Shown in pieces: positions 37,180-50,150 of a stretch of 64,000 bases of DNA (position 1 is the stretch's first letter; every line of letters starts with the position of its first letter). The position numbers and the translations under genes are program-made. A model generated the notes under the pieces. The model saw nothing but the letters and a program-made list of their open reading frames with translations, was not told where the DNA came from and did not search any database. The DNA is taken from the NCBI GenBank assembly GCA_964016885.1, contig OZ024743.1:260648001-260712000 (forward strand). Reading direction: 5' to 3'. The DNA comes from Eledone cirrhosa (Eukaryota).

Positions 37180-38345
37180 TGCATACTTGTATCCGAGCAG
37201 CAGCCGAGGAGATATGTAACGTCAGATTTGACGACATTGGATGGCAACAGGCCACTTTACCTGTCAGATATGGCGGCCCCGGTCTGTGGTCCCCGATCTC
37301 CCTGGCTTTGCCAGCGTTTCGTTCGTCGGTAACCTCATGCCGCGTCCTCGTCAGCATTGTTCTCCAAAACACAATAGAACCCTTTGTGATCAGGGAACGT
37401 GAGGCCGCTGTTGAGACGTGGGACCGGCTGGGCATTAGCCCTGTAGACGTCCTTCCTCCTTCTCCCCCTGCCGACATCAAGTCCCCCCAAAGCATTTGGG
37501 ATGCCATCCAGTGCAGCCTGGCCTCAGACAAGCTCAGGCGTCAACTTGACCGGCACCACCTTCCCTGTTTTCGTGCGGCCTCCAAACCCCACAGTGGTGC
37601 CTGGCTCCATGCCTTGCCCTCCTTCTCCACTGACACGCAGCTGGTTAACAATAGCCTGCGCATTGGCGTTTCCTTGAGGCTTGGCCTCCGGATCTGCGAG
37701 CCACACCAATGTTGCTGTGCATCCACCGTGGACTCTTTCGGCCTCTACCCGCTTTCTTGTAGTCACAGTGCCGGCCGCCTTCCACGCTATGTTGCGCTCA
37801 AAGAGGTCATAAAGCATTGCTTGGACGCTGCAGTCGTCCCTTCCCAGCTCGAGCCGATGGGGCTGTACCTAAGGGACGGCAAAAGGCCAGATGGTATGAC
37901 CATCTTCCCGTTTCGTGGTGGCAAACTCCTCGTCTGGGATGCCACTTGCACCGACACTTTCTCCAGCCGAAACCTGGTGCAGTTTGCGACTGACCCAGGT
38001 TCTGCTGCACATCGGGCTGAGGAGGCCAAAGTCTCCAAATACCGGTCGCTCTTCGATAGATTTGCGATCGTACCCTTGGCAGTGGAGACTTCTGGTGTCC
38101 TCGGCCCTAGAGCTACCTTCCTACTCTCCACCATAGGTGCTGAGCTGCCCAACAGCAGGTGTGAGCCTCGCGAGTTGGAATGGCTCTTCCAGCACGTCTC
38201 TCTTACCGTCCTCCGAGGAAACACTTCCTCCATTCTGTCCGCTGGGTCTGTGAGGAGGCCATCAATATGATTGACTGACTTGTCATTTTATCATGTACTT
38301 TTTATATATCTATATCTGTCCGACACCATATGTCACTGAAATACA
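37180..38345 (+). mobile_element. 5'-truncated CRE-like non-LTR retrotransposon with restriction-like endonuclease
   Basis: ORF to 38270: QATLPVRYGGPG, SGAWLHALP, LRLG..IC..HQCCC, KRPDG...LLVWDAT, AAHRAEEAKVSKY, VPLAVETSG. Confidence 0.85.
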
Positions 38346-38352
38346 AACTCAC

Positions 38353-38416
<64 letters not shown>

Positions 38417-38566
38417 TATATACATTGGACGGATAGGTGTCCTCATCTTGTTTTGTTAACACAACGTTTCCGCTGATGTACTCTCCATGGTAGATATAAG
38501 AATAGCGGTAGCATAGGGGATGAACTAACGTGTAGGCACAACCCGGGAGGGAAACCTGACCCAGAA

Positions 38567-38613
<47 letters not shown>

Positions 38614-38624
38614 TTACTACTACA

Positions 38625-39340
38625 CACAGACGACGGAATGGAACACTGTCTAGGACTATTACTTGGTTTAACAGTGTTAATAATACGGTGTTAATAATAC
38701 GGCGTGTTAATAACACGCCGTATTCGAAGCATGTATGCAGCAATGTACCAGACCTCTTCTTCAGAGCATTGGACGAGTGCTTCCCGCCGTCGAACAGGTG
38801 CCACAGGATATCCAACCGCCACACAGTGAAGTTCTTCTTCTCCACCGCACTTAACATGGCAGACTATATGGCCAAAACCAATGCGGGGAAGTTGGGGAAA
38901 TTCGACCGCCAACTACCGCAGGCGACCGACGATCATGGGGGACCGGGAGAACCACAAGGAGGCAGGGTCACCAACTATGGCCCAGTCCCCACAGTAGCCG
39001 ATCAACCTGTGGAAGACACACTGGTCGACTACCAGGTGGCACTGAATGACAAAAAGGATCCCACCGCACCGGCAGAACAACACCCAGAGAATCGGAACAA
39101 CGCCGCAATAAGGCCAGGACACCGCGTAAGGAATGAGCAGCATACAGCCCGAACATGCAACTGCCGAGTGGGCACACAATGCTCTCTGCAGGGAAGATGC
39201 CTAACGAAGGGCATCGTCTATAAATGTGTGGTAACTCGCACAACACCAAGCGTACCTACATCGGCGCAGCATCTACGACATTTAAATCGAGGTTGTACAA
39301 TCACACGAACTCTTTCAAGGACCGGAGCAAGAGACACTCC
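38625..39340 (+). pseudogene. PLE C-terminal (GIY-YIG) fragment, same type as PLE3 and PLE5
   Basis: RTITWFN...PYS...FPP...NRHTVKF.FST..N...CNCR...CSLQGRCL..GIVYKC, frameshift, YIGA.STTFKSRLYNHTNSF. Confidence 0.82.
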
Positions 39341-40248
39341 ACTCTCCGCATGGGTACCTCCGGATGTCCCCACCGAGAACCATGCGGGGAAGCGGACGTC
39401 AGTTGTGGTGGAAGCGCGGACCCACGGGATCTACACCATACCTTGATGACTATGTATGCCCTATGGCACAGGTCGACACACTCTATGCTGCACATTTGAC
39501 TATGTACCTTATCTTAAACACCGCCGTCGCAGTAGCCAGGGCACGGCAGTTCAGTTTCCATGGGTATATTCAATCCCGTATCACACATCACTAAAACCCT
39601 CTATTTCAGCCACAGTAACATACTCCGTTACAAACTGTTCCTCCGTACTCCCTGCATATATATTATGTTATGTAGTGTGTGTATTTTCTCTACGTATTCC
39701 ATTATGTAACACTTTATGTATTTTTTCATGTACACCCTCATGTGTATTTTTATATATTTTTATGGTTTAAGTATACCCTTTGCATTGTTTCTATGAGCTT
39801 CCCATATGTAGTTTTGTTTATAAGGTTTCTGTACGTGGATTATTTCACGTTAGCACCATAATGCCAACATGTGCATCAAAGTGTGTCTGCCTATACGTAT
39901 ATACAGCTATGCTAGGTGCATTCTTTGACATATTCCACATATGTACGTTTTTTGTATTTTTTACGTAATATTTCTTTGTGCACTCCCTGATGTACAGCAT
40001 CCTATGCATGTTTCTATGCACTTTCTAAATATTTTTGTACAGTTTATTTTCATATGTGTGTGTGTGTGGGTGTGTGTCTATGTGTGAGTGCGTGCGTGTG
40101 CATACGCTCATATATATGTATATGTATGTATGTGTGTGTGTGTGTATATGAGTAGGCCTGACTGACTGCATAGGTACGCGCGTGTATATGTACGTGTGTG
40201 TATTTATGGGTGCGCATATGTGTGTGTATGTATATACATATGTGTAAA

Positions 40249-40283
<35 letters not shown>

Positions 40284-40916
40284 GGGACTGTGTATGGATA
40301 GATATGTGTATATATGTGGGTCCCGTATGTGTACGTGTGTGCGTATGTCTGTGTATAAATATACCTATATATGAGAGGTGAAGATATATATGTACATGTG
40401 TGAACGCAAGCTCTATATGTGTGTGTGTATGTATGTCTGCACAGTTAAGTGTGAGATCAATGGCTCGGAATGTCTGCATATGTGTGAACAACGTGTGTGT
40501 GGGGGGGGTATATGTGTAGGGCGACGGGCAAGCCAGGGAAGGGCAAGACAGTTCATAACACCTCTCCTACACATAGCAGTAATTTCTGGCGACGTGATTG
40601 GGGTGAGTGACAAATCACGCCTGAATGGAAATTGTCAGTGGGCAGATTTGAATGGTCAAACACACAGATGACGTCTCGAACTATCAACCGATCGGAGCGC
40701 CGCGCAAACAGGATGATGGCACGTGATAGAAATTCTACGGGTCGGAATCAAGCAGAAAGAGGATTTGCTTCGAAATCACTAGACGTATCTGAGGAACTTG
40801 CGAATCCAGAGTCAGGTTCGATCCACAAACAGATCGCACCTCGAGCTGTTCGCCGGAGAAACAATTGTAATACTTAATAAATTGTGTTCCGATGCATCAC
40901 TGATTTTTCGTTTTCC

Positions 40917-40957
<41 letters not shown>

Positions 40958-40969
<12 letters not shown>

Positions 40970-41206
40970 ATAGCTTTCACCGTATTTTTAACTAAAGGAA
41001 TTTTAGCTTGATAATGGGGTTTAGAACCCTCAGATAAATGGAAAAAGATGAGTATTGATGTACATACGTCAATACTCATCTTTTTCCATTTATCTGAGGG
41101 TTCTAAACCCCATTATCAAGCTAAAATTCCTTTAGTTAAAAATACGGTGAAAGCTATATATTTTCTAATTTCAAACTCGCTCACTGTTTCAAAACATACT
41201 TACTTG

Positions 41207-41207
<1 letters not shown>
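40958..41207. repeat. Near-perfect palindrome (arms of about 105 bp, centre 41063-41064) plus tail; relative of the 271-bp tRNA-bearing repeat
   Basis: 40958-41062 mirrors 41065-41169; the right arm extends about 38 nt further; (TA)n both sides; shares TACGTCAATACTCATCTTTTTCCATTT with 56263 onward. Confidence 0.88.
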
Positions 41208-41263
<56 letters not shown>

Positions 41264-41289
41264 TATATGTGTGGGGGTGCATGTGTCTA

Positions 41290-44200
41290 TATGTCACCCA
41301 CCTTTGCAGCGGCCGCAGCGAAAACAAAGCGCTTCTCCAATGTAGATATCAGCGATAAGGAACAACAGTTGGCCCAGGCGTGGAGGTTATTTAAACGAGA
41401 AAAATCCTGGGCCAACCTAACCATCCCGGACGAGGCAATAGCAGCCATGCAAAGGAGGACGGTGTACTTTCGATGCATTTGAGTGCAAACACGCAAAGTG
41501 GAACTCGCCAGCCAAGCAGAAGTCGAGGTGCTTTAAAGTCCATCGGAAGTGACATCGAGTACAAAGCAAGAGCCAAGCAGTTCGGAACCATCTCGGTACT
41601 ATTCAAAACCGAGGCCCTTGCTATTAAGCACTCGGTTACCCCCTGAAGAAAGGAACGCATTATCATGCACCCGTCCTACATGGGAAAAAGGACAGTAAAG
41701 GTCGGCATTCGCAGGATCCCACCAGGAATGAACATATGGTGACTCCTGGGATGCGTAATCGAGGAGGGAACAGACACTACCCTCCTAGATATCAAAAAGA
41801 CACAGAGAGAGGACTGGTCCGGAATGGATTTGGGGATTCTTCTCCAAATAAAACCAGAGGACGTTAACAACATCCCGGATTTTGGCCGCCTGCAGGACGG
41901 GACAACAATCCAATTAATCACTGAGGGAGGACGGCCCCACTGTTTCGTCTGCGGGGAAGCAACGCATCTGCAAGCCTTCTGCCCTGAGCTCAAAAATGCA
42001 GGGGTTCACAAACCTCCTTTGTTGTCAACGCCAGTATCAGCACGGAAAGCTGCACTACCACCACCACCAAAACAACAAGGACACGGGTAACCCCAACATC
42101 AAAAACGCCGGACCACCACCACCAGCACCAAAACCAACCCAAGGGGAAAACGAGGAAAGCTCTCCCACTCCCCTTACCCCTCCAATTATACACATAGACA
42201 AAACCATAAATGCACACATAGACACAGATGCACTCACAGTCATAGACCCTTTGTCTTCCAGCAGTGAAGATGAAGGAAAACCCAAAAAGTGCAAAAAAAC
42301 AAAAGAGAAAACTCACAAAAAAGCCCCCACAAAACACAAAAACATACACAACAAAAAATACAGACACCACTAACGCAAATACTTCCCCATTAACATCAAC
42401 ACCAGCATCAACATCAACACCAACCCCACAACCTAAACAAACACAAGAACAAATAAACACACAGACACCTGAAATTGCAGACACCACATCTACAACACAG
42501 ACATACCCGAAACAACACCACCAAAACCATCACCAAAGAAATAAAACGACACCAACAAAACATTAAAAACTTCGTGCTTGTCAGAAGGGCCAACAAGGAA
42601 TTGAAGGCCCTCTTAGCACGAATCGAGGACATTCAAACAGAGGAAGAGATCTTTGAATTGAGCACACTTTGCGTGCCAGAAGATTTGTTTCACAACACCC
42701 CGGGAGGTAAGTAAACCTTTTCTCTCTCTTTTAGCTTGCCAACATGGCCTTATTAAGAGTAGAAAGTTTTAATGTCGTGGCTTGGGGTCACCCTGGAAGC
42801 AGGGTCACCTGCTCAACGACCTCAGGTCTCTGGAAATGGATGTGATTGCCGTCAGTGAGACCAGGATTTCCGACACGCGCGAACAAGCCCCCATTTTCGA
42901 CGACTATCAGATTTTCGCATCTGTTAGCAGGCCGGGAATGGGAGGTGGGGTAGCAGTACTGTTTAGGAAAGGCCTGGATCTCGAGGTAAGGTCAATCTTC
43001 CGGGACCCGGACGGTAAGTTGGTGGTCCTGGATGTAAGCAATAGCGAAGGTGGTGCCTTTAGACTGCTGGCCGTCTACACTCCTACTGGGGCCGGACGAC
43101 CGGACTTCTTTAGGCGCCTGGAAACCTTTCTGGGTACGTCTCGCCCTTTACTGTTAGCGGGGGACTGGAACGGTATCTTAGACGCACGCTGGGATTGTGT
43201 GGGAGTAGCTGATAGGAGCGGGGGTTGCAAATCCTCAAGCACCTAATCAGCCAGTTCCAACTGCCTGACAGGTACCGACTAGATTTCCCCAATGCGTCAA
43301 TGTGGACGTGGATCAACCGCATAGAGTCATCTAGATCGTATATAGACGGGATCTTCAATAGGAAAATAGATAAAAATGGTGTAGGCTGCCCACTTTTTAA
43401 AACGGTCACCTATTCATATCACAAATTTGTGATTTGTATAGTCGACCTAGATAAAACGCGTACATTAGGACCTGGTTACTGGAAGCTGAACATGTCATTT
43501 CCGGCACGTAAGGCTTACAGGGATCGAGTCAACAATTTAGTTAACAAAAAGTTGATCGTCAACAACATGGTGGAGGGCTCTCAAAAGAGAGATTAGAGTA
43601 ACTTCGATAGGGTTCAGCAAAGAACTAGCGTTAGAGAAAAATAGAAAGGAGGGGGAGCTGGTAGATAAGTTCGACGAGGCTATTTGTAGTGGCATTGTAA
43701 CGGACGTGGTAGCGCTGAGAATGGCATTAGACCATTTCTTCAATGCGAAACACGAAGGTTGCATTGTCAGAACTAAGGCGCGTGCGCTGAGAAACGAGGG
43801 AACCAGAGATGTTCGATGGGTCCGCGTGGCGGAGGCGCAGCATGGTAATAAAACCACAATTCGGTCTTTGGCGGACCGAGACGGGCACGGGATAAGCGAT
43901 TCCAAGCGGATGTGTGAAGCCTTTCTCCAGCATTTTGTTCAGTTGTTCGGGGAGAGTGGAGGGTCAGAGACAGTAGTGAACTTCAGTCCCTACCTTGACG
44001 GCTTGCCGCGCATCTCGACGGTCGACGCTGAGCGCTGCGAAAGGCCGGTTACTTCAGCCGAAATTCAGGATGCCCTTGTCGGCTGCATGAAGCGCAAGTC
44101 ATCCAGTCGCCCGTATTTTCTCTTGTAATCTTAATTGAATTATTCCATTTCTCTTGGCATGCCAGCTCAACCTCTGTTAATAAATAATGTAAAACCAAGC

Positions 44201-46329
44201 TAAAGTCGTTGTTGATATTCCTATCATATCTCTCTACCAAACCTGGTTCCTCGTGGCGACATTACAACTCTCTAAAATACTTCTCCGTTAAATTGGAATT
44301 TACATCTTCAAACAAATTGGTGGCAACACATCTTACACCAAAGGCGCTTGTCGTCGAGAATTTGGTTGGAGAGCGTAAACTTGCGCAATCCCAACCAGGT
44401 CCATACACGACAACCTCCACCTCATGCGGTACATCCTAGAGAGGGTAGGGTGTAAACCTGGCTTCGGTGGGGCATTGATCGATTTAGATCAATCGAAAGC
44501 ATGCGATAGGGTCGACCATCGGTTTCTGGAGGCTTTCCTCAAAGCAGCTGGCTTCGGCCCTATCCCCAGAAGCTGGATCGCAACAATGCACAGCGGCATC
44601 TGCTCGGTGGTCAAGGTTAATGACCACCTCTCGGAACCGTTTCGGCTCTCCCGAACGGTCCGTCAAGGATGCCCTCTCTCTTCCCTTCTGTACGTATTGA
44701 CTCTCGAGCCTTTACTGCAGAAGCTGGAGCTGTTGCAGGGCATCTCGCTCGAACCGGGACGTGGAAAGGCTGTCGGCTTATGCGGACGACATTACCGTGG
44801 TGGTTTCAGACACCTCGGAAATCGTGGTGGTCGGCACCCTATTGAAGGAATATGAAAGGTTGACAGGAGCCAAACTTAACCCGGAAAAGTCGGCACCTGG
44901 AGAGGCAAGTCCATGCCATCCAACAGCGTCGTTGGGCGCTGGACTGACGGACCGGTAAAGTTGATCGGGGTTTGGTTCGGGCCAGACCTCCAGGTGGAAG
45001 AGAATTGGGACGAGGTAACGAGCAGGGTAGCCAGTCACACCCAAAAATCGGCTGCGAGGAGGTGGCGAATGCGCATATCGCGTCCGTCATTTACTACCGC
45101 CTGACAGTCGTGCCTTTCCCCCGTCCGCGCCTCGCCAAGTTGGAACGGCTCCTCTTCAAATTCTTGTGGAGAGAACAAGTCTTTGGTGAGGCGGTCTATC
45201 TGCTGCCAGCACCCTCTACGCGGAGGGCTGGGCGTGGCTAATGATATGCAGACATGCGCTGAGGCTGCGACATCTCCAGATATTCTGCCTAAACGTTGAA
45301 CAGGTGTGGTAGCCGTTTATCAGACGGGTGACTGGCACCTGGAATGCTGCCAGGCACTCACTGCCCTCTACCAAGCGGGCAATGCGATCAGTGGAACTTC
45401 CACTCTCGAGTTCTATAGAGGATTAGTGGTGGGAAAGTGCGATGACGCAGTCGGAGAAGCTTTGGGCCTCGACGAAGTCGAACTGACCAGTCTGTTCCAG
45501 AAGACTTTCGAGCCGGGGACGATGGACAATTTCCAGAAATCCCTCGCTTGGCAGTGCTACCGGGAGGCACTGCCGATTCGGGATAAACTCTACAGGCACG
45601 GAAGTGCTGTCAGACGGACTTGCCAGAGATGCACACAGAGCGACGAAACCGTTCTGCACGCACTTGTCCAATGTCCGTGCATTACTGACTTGTGGAGTTA
45701 TGTCGAACAGCTATTGTCGCGTGTAGAACGGATCCGACTATCGATCGAGTCCATAGTGAATATCGACCCGCCGCCTTCCTTTGACCAGGAAGAGCAAGCA
45801 ATTTTCCTCTGTCTGGTGGCAGTTGTGAAATATACAGATTGAAAGGACTGAAGACAGACACTTTTCTCTTCGGCCAATCCCTCGTCAACTTCTTCAAGTT
45901 TCACCTAGAAAGGAAAGTGAGGGTGGAGAGAGAAGTGCTTCCCCCAGTACATTTGCTAAAAGGTGGATGAATGTGGCGAGAATGGCCCGTGTGAATGGGC
46001 CTACTCTGACCATGCGCCTATAGGCTAGCTAATTTGAGGAGGAGAGGAAGAGAGGGGTTCTCTGCCCGGGTATCCTAGAAGCGCAGGGTGGTTCAGGATT
46101 GGTGGGGTACCTGAGTCACCCCCTGAGACCCCCCCCCATAGGGAAATTTATATTGTTATATTTATGCATAGTTTATTTTATATTTCTATATCTTCATTGT
46201 TAAATTAGTCTTGCCAGTGTGCACTTCTACTCTACGTTATTGTAAACCCCCACTGTCCCTGTTTTTGTATTGTACCCTACATGTTGGCCCTTGTGGCCAA
46301 TAAATGAAATCATTATTATTATTATTATT
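41290..46329 (+). mobile_element. L1/Tx1-clade LINE, family A, decayed copy C
   Basis: Broken ORF1 with CFVCGEATHLQAFC; broken ORF2 from ATG 42744 to about 46023; 3' end GGCCCTTGTGGCCAATAAATGAAATC(ATT)n identical to copy A. Confidence 0.92.
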
Positions 46330-46346
46330 GGCGGTGGATTATTATA

Positions 46347-46551
46347 GGCGGTGGATTGGCAGTATTGGTAGAGGGTCGGACGCCATGCTTTGACGCATAG
46401 AGTTACGGCCCTTGCCATTCTGAGTTCAAATCCCGCCGAGGTTAACTTTGCCTTTCATCCTTACGGGGTCGATAAAATAAAGTACCAGTAATACACTGGG
46501 TATTTGCTGGCCTTGTGCCTAACGTAGAAACAATTATTATTATTATTATTA
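46347..46551 (+). mobile_element. Full-length tRNA-derived SINE with (ATT)n tail
   Basis: GGCGGTGGATTGGCAGTATTGGTAGA...GAGTTCAAATCCC...GGCCTTGTGCCTAACGTAGAAACA(ATT)n. Confidence 0.88.
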
Positions 46552-47475
46552 GAACATATAAAGCAGCACACAGACATTACGGACAAAAATTACTACACCC
46601 CACCAACACCAAGAACTTTCCCGAAAAATATAAACATTATTGAAATTAAAATAGAACATTATAAACATTTAAAAGAAAAATTCCCCAACGCAGTTGGAGA
46701 CTTCAGAGGGTCAGTTACTAAAAGGATATATACCGACATCATCTTGGAGACACCCATGACCAGCCAAAGGGACGGTTCAACTGTCCCTTTCCCACGCGAT
46801 CAGGGTAGGTGATCCTTTCTCATTTACTTCATTCCTCACCCAACATGGCCTTACTTAGAATAGGCAGTATAAATGAACGTGGCCTGGGGGTCATCTTGGA
46901 AGCAGGGCCACCTGCTCAACGATCTCAGGTCACTAAACATAGATGTGGTGGCCATCAGCGAGACCAGAATTTCCGAAGCACGAGACTTCGCACAGATCTT
47001 CGGCGGCTACGTGTACGCATCTCCCAGCCGTCCGGGAGCGGGGGGAGGAGTTGCTGTGCTTTTTCGGAGCGGTTTGGATCTCGCCATACGGGCCATCTTC
47101 CTGGACCCAGAAGGTAAGTTGGTGGTGATGGACGTGACCAGCGGAGACGGGCAAGCTTTCAGGCTAGTGGCCGTCTATGCCCAGACAGGAGCAGAGCGGC
47201 CTGATTTCTTCCTGCGTCTGAAGACCTTTCTTGAAACGTTCCACTCTTTAGTGTTAGTGGACGACTGGAACGGGATCTTAGATGCACGCTGGGACTGTGT
47301 GGGATTAGCGGATAGGGGAGGAGAGTGCAAGAGCCTCACCAACCTGCTCAGGTGTTTTGAACTGTCTGACAGGTACCGATTGGGTTTCCCGAATGTGCCA
47401 ATGTCGACTTGGACATCCAGATCATATCTAGATAGAGTATTTTGTAGGGAAATAGATAGGTCTAGCATAGGCTGT
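46552..47475 (+). mobile_element. L1/Tx1-clade LINE, family B-like fragment D (end of ORF1 plus APE)
   Basis: KFPNAVGDFR of ORF1, then ORF2 from ATG 46845 closely matching 6449-7096; truncated at both ends. Confidence 0.9.
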
Positions 47476-47568
47476 GCGAAAAGTAGAAAAAATTATCCGA
47501 CTATATTGTAGTCAAAATAGAGAGAGAGAAAGAGATAGTGGTTGTGAGAGAGTAAATTGAAAGACACC

Positions 47569-47600
<32 letters not shown>

Positions 47601-47606
<6 letters not shown>

Positions 47607-48414
47607 CACAGCTTATGCTGAAAGAATAACTATGTTGCTTGTGTTTATTTCCATCTTCGGTTAGCTTCCCCCTGTGTTGTTTAAATGTCTCACTCGCTTT
47701 ACGCGTTTCTATTGTCCTAATAACTTATTTTAGTTATTATCGCTCCAACGTGAGGTATATGATTTTTAATGCGATGAAATACCCATGATCGTTTGGTAAA
47801 TCACTGATGAGGGACTCATTTTATAACATGTTATCCATGTGCAACCAGCAGTATTCTTCTCACCCATATTTTTCATATATTTACCCAAACTGCAATTCTG
47901 TGTTTCTCTCTTTCTCTCTTACTGCTCCCTCGTTCTCTCTGTTTCTCTTACTTTCTTTCGTCCCCTCTTCCATGTCAGTTAACTCTTTCTCTCTACTGAC
48001 CTCTTCCTCGCACTCCCACTCACTCAGTCCCAGTTTCTCCCCTTCTTTCTTCCTCCCGTTCGCTGAGAAAACGGTTTTCATTCTTTCTAACACCGGATTC
48101 ACTAGCGAAAGGTCTGTTTTCAGACTCGCTCATATATTCACACAGCTTATGCTGAAAGAATAACTATGTTGCTTGTGTTTATTTCCATCTTCGGTTAGCT
48201 TCCCCCTGTGTTGTTTAAATGCCTCACTCGCTTTACGCGTTTCTATTGTCCTAATAACTTATTTTAGTTATTATCGCTCCAACGTGAGGTATATGATTTT
48301 TAATGCGATGAAATACCCATGATCGTTTGGTAAATCACTGATGAGGGACTCATTTTATAACATGTTATCCATGTGCAACTAGCAGTATTCTTCTCACCCA
48401 TATTTTTCATATAT
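47601..48414. mobile_element. Partial-tandem non-coding element R4: 534-bp unit plus 280-bp direct repeat in (TA)n
   Basis: 47601-47880 is repeated at 48135-48414 with two mismatches seen; no convincing HHR. Confidence 0.8.
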
Positions 48415-48469
48415 ATCTATATATATATTAATTCAAAATATTAATATAGACATTCACGTAATCAAAATA

Positions 48470-48535
48470 TATTTTATTATATATATTGCGGAGGTACTGT
48501 GCTGTTTTTTCAGTACGTCCTCATCAGATAAAATA
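48470..48535 (-). ncRNA. Hammerhead ribozyme relic (GAAA changed to GCAA)
   Basis: UAUUUUAU-CUGAUGA-GGA-C-GUACUG...CAGUAC-C-UCC-GCAA-UAUAUA-UA-AUAAAAUA. Confidence 0.65.
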
Positions 48536-48652
48536 CATAAATTGATGTATGACATACCTCAACTGTGCTGATGGTTCAATTCCAGTCTTGGAATTATATA
48601 TATATATATATATATATATAGGTTTCTCTCTCTCTCTATATATATATATATA

Positions 48653-48716
<64 letters not shown>

Positions 48717-48735
48717 CATATATATATATATATAT

Positions 48736-48803
<68 letters not shown>

Positions 48804-49009
48804 GTTTATATATATATATATACAAACATATATAGACATGTATATACTGATATTACAGGAAGATCTGTAGTTGTTTGATGTGATCACTTTATCGCATATG
48901 AAATCATGGTAGTTGCTTCAGTAACACACAGAGGCACAAACTTATAAACACGCACAAACACCTACATTTACACATATACACACATGCACACACACACAGA
49001 GCCAGAAGG

Positions 49010-49176
49010 CTCATCATGGCGTGATGCGAGTGAGAGTACAAGACTTCGCCCTAGACAGGACACCAGTCCATCGCAGGATTAAAGCCCCAGCTATTGCTGG
49101 TACTCATTTTCAGCTGAGTATACTGGAGCAACGTGAAATGAAGTATTTTGCTCAAGAACACAACACGCAACCCAGG
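49010..49176 (-). mobile_element. SINE relic with conserved-core-type central domain
   Basis: Reverse complement GTGTTGTGTTCTTGAGCAAAATACTT...CTCAGCTGAAAATGAGTACC...CCTGCGATGGACTGG, resembling SINE core domains from memory. Confidence 0.55.
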
Positions 49177-49214
49177 AATTTAGGAGTTTGTCAACAGGTC
49201 AGACATCTTAGTGT

Positions 49215-49290
<76 letters not shown>

Positions 49291-49534
49291 TATGGAATAC
49301 TGTTAGCTTCTCGCTACAACAATTTCTATACTTTTCATTTATATATATATATATATATACATACATATATATCTACACTAAGATGTATGACCTGTTGACA
49401 AACTCCTAACTCCTTTGTTGAATGTGTGTGTATATATATATATATATGTATGTGTGTGTATATATGTATGTATATGTATATATATATCTCAGTCGTTGCG
49501 ACCAGATTTCAAGACAGCAACAACAACTACAACT

Positions 49535-49638
<104 letters not shown>

Positions 49639-49852
49639 ATATTTGGGGAGGGTCATATTTGCGTAATATTGCCAGAATTAATAACAGAACACACTCACTG
49701 TTTGGTTGGTTTTCGCTTCTCGCTGTCTTTTATATATATATATCTGCGATCTAACTTACTCGGTCCTCAATGTTGCCATTGACTGACCGGCGGTCAAAAA
49801 TAATACAGATACAATATAGACACAAACACATATATATAGTTTACATAATTTA

Positions 49853-49890
49853 CATAAATCTTTCGTTGCACATCTGCAACATCGTCAGTG
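49853..49890 (-). ncRNA. Minimal hammerhead ribozyme (PLE4 left arm)
   Basis: Reverse complement of 53802-53839. Confidence 0.68.
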
Positions 49891-50150
49891 GTGTTATATT
49901 CATTGTTCCTCCTGTTGTGTTGTATGTCTACGCCATTTTTTTTTGTTCAGTCTGTCTATATATTTATTTATTTATTTGCTTGTTTGTTTATCTTATTTTA
50001 TTTTGTCTTCTTTGCGCATGCGTTTGCGTGTGTGTATAGTGTGATGTGTGACTAGTGTGTATAGTGTTGTGTCTGCTGGGTGACTAGTGTGTGTTTATGT
50101 GCTTGTGTATGTATTTATTTATCTTATTTTATTTTATTTTATTTACTTAT

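Noticed and set aside
38673-38724. Short GTGTTAATAATACG triplication with a palindrome
   Set aside because: Local slippage inside a dead PLE fragment.
40500-40915. GC-richer unique stretch with short ORFs
   Set aside because: No recognisable protein motif, exon structure or RNA fold by eye; left unassigned.
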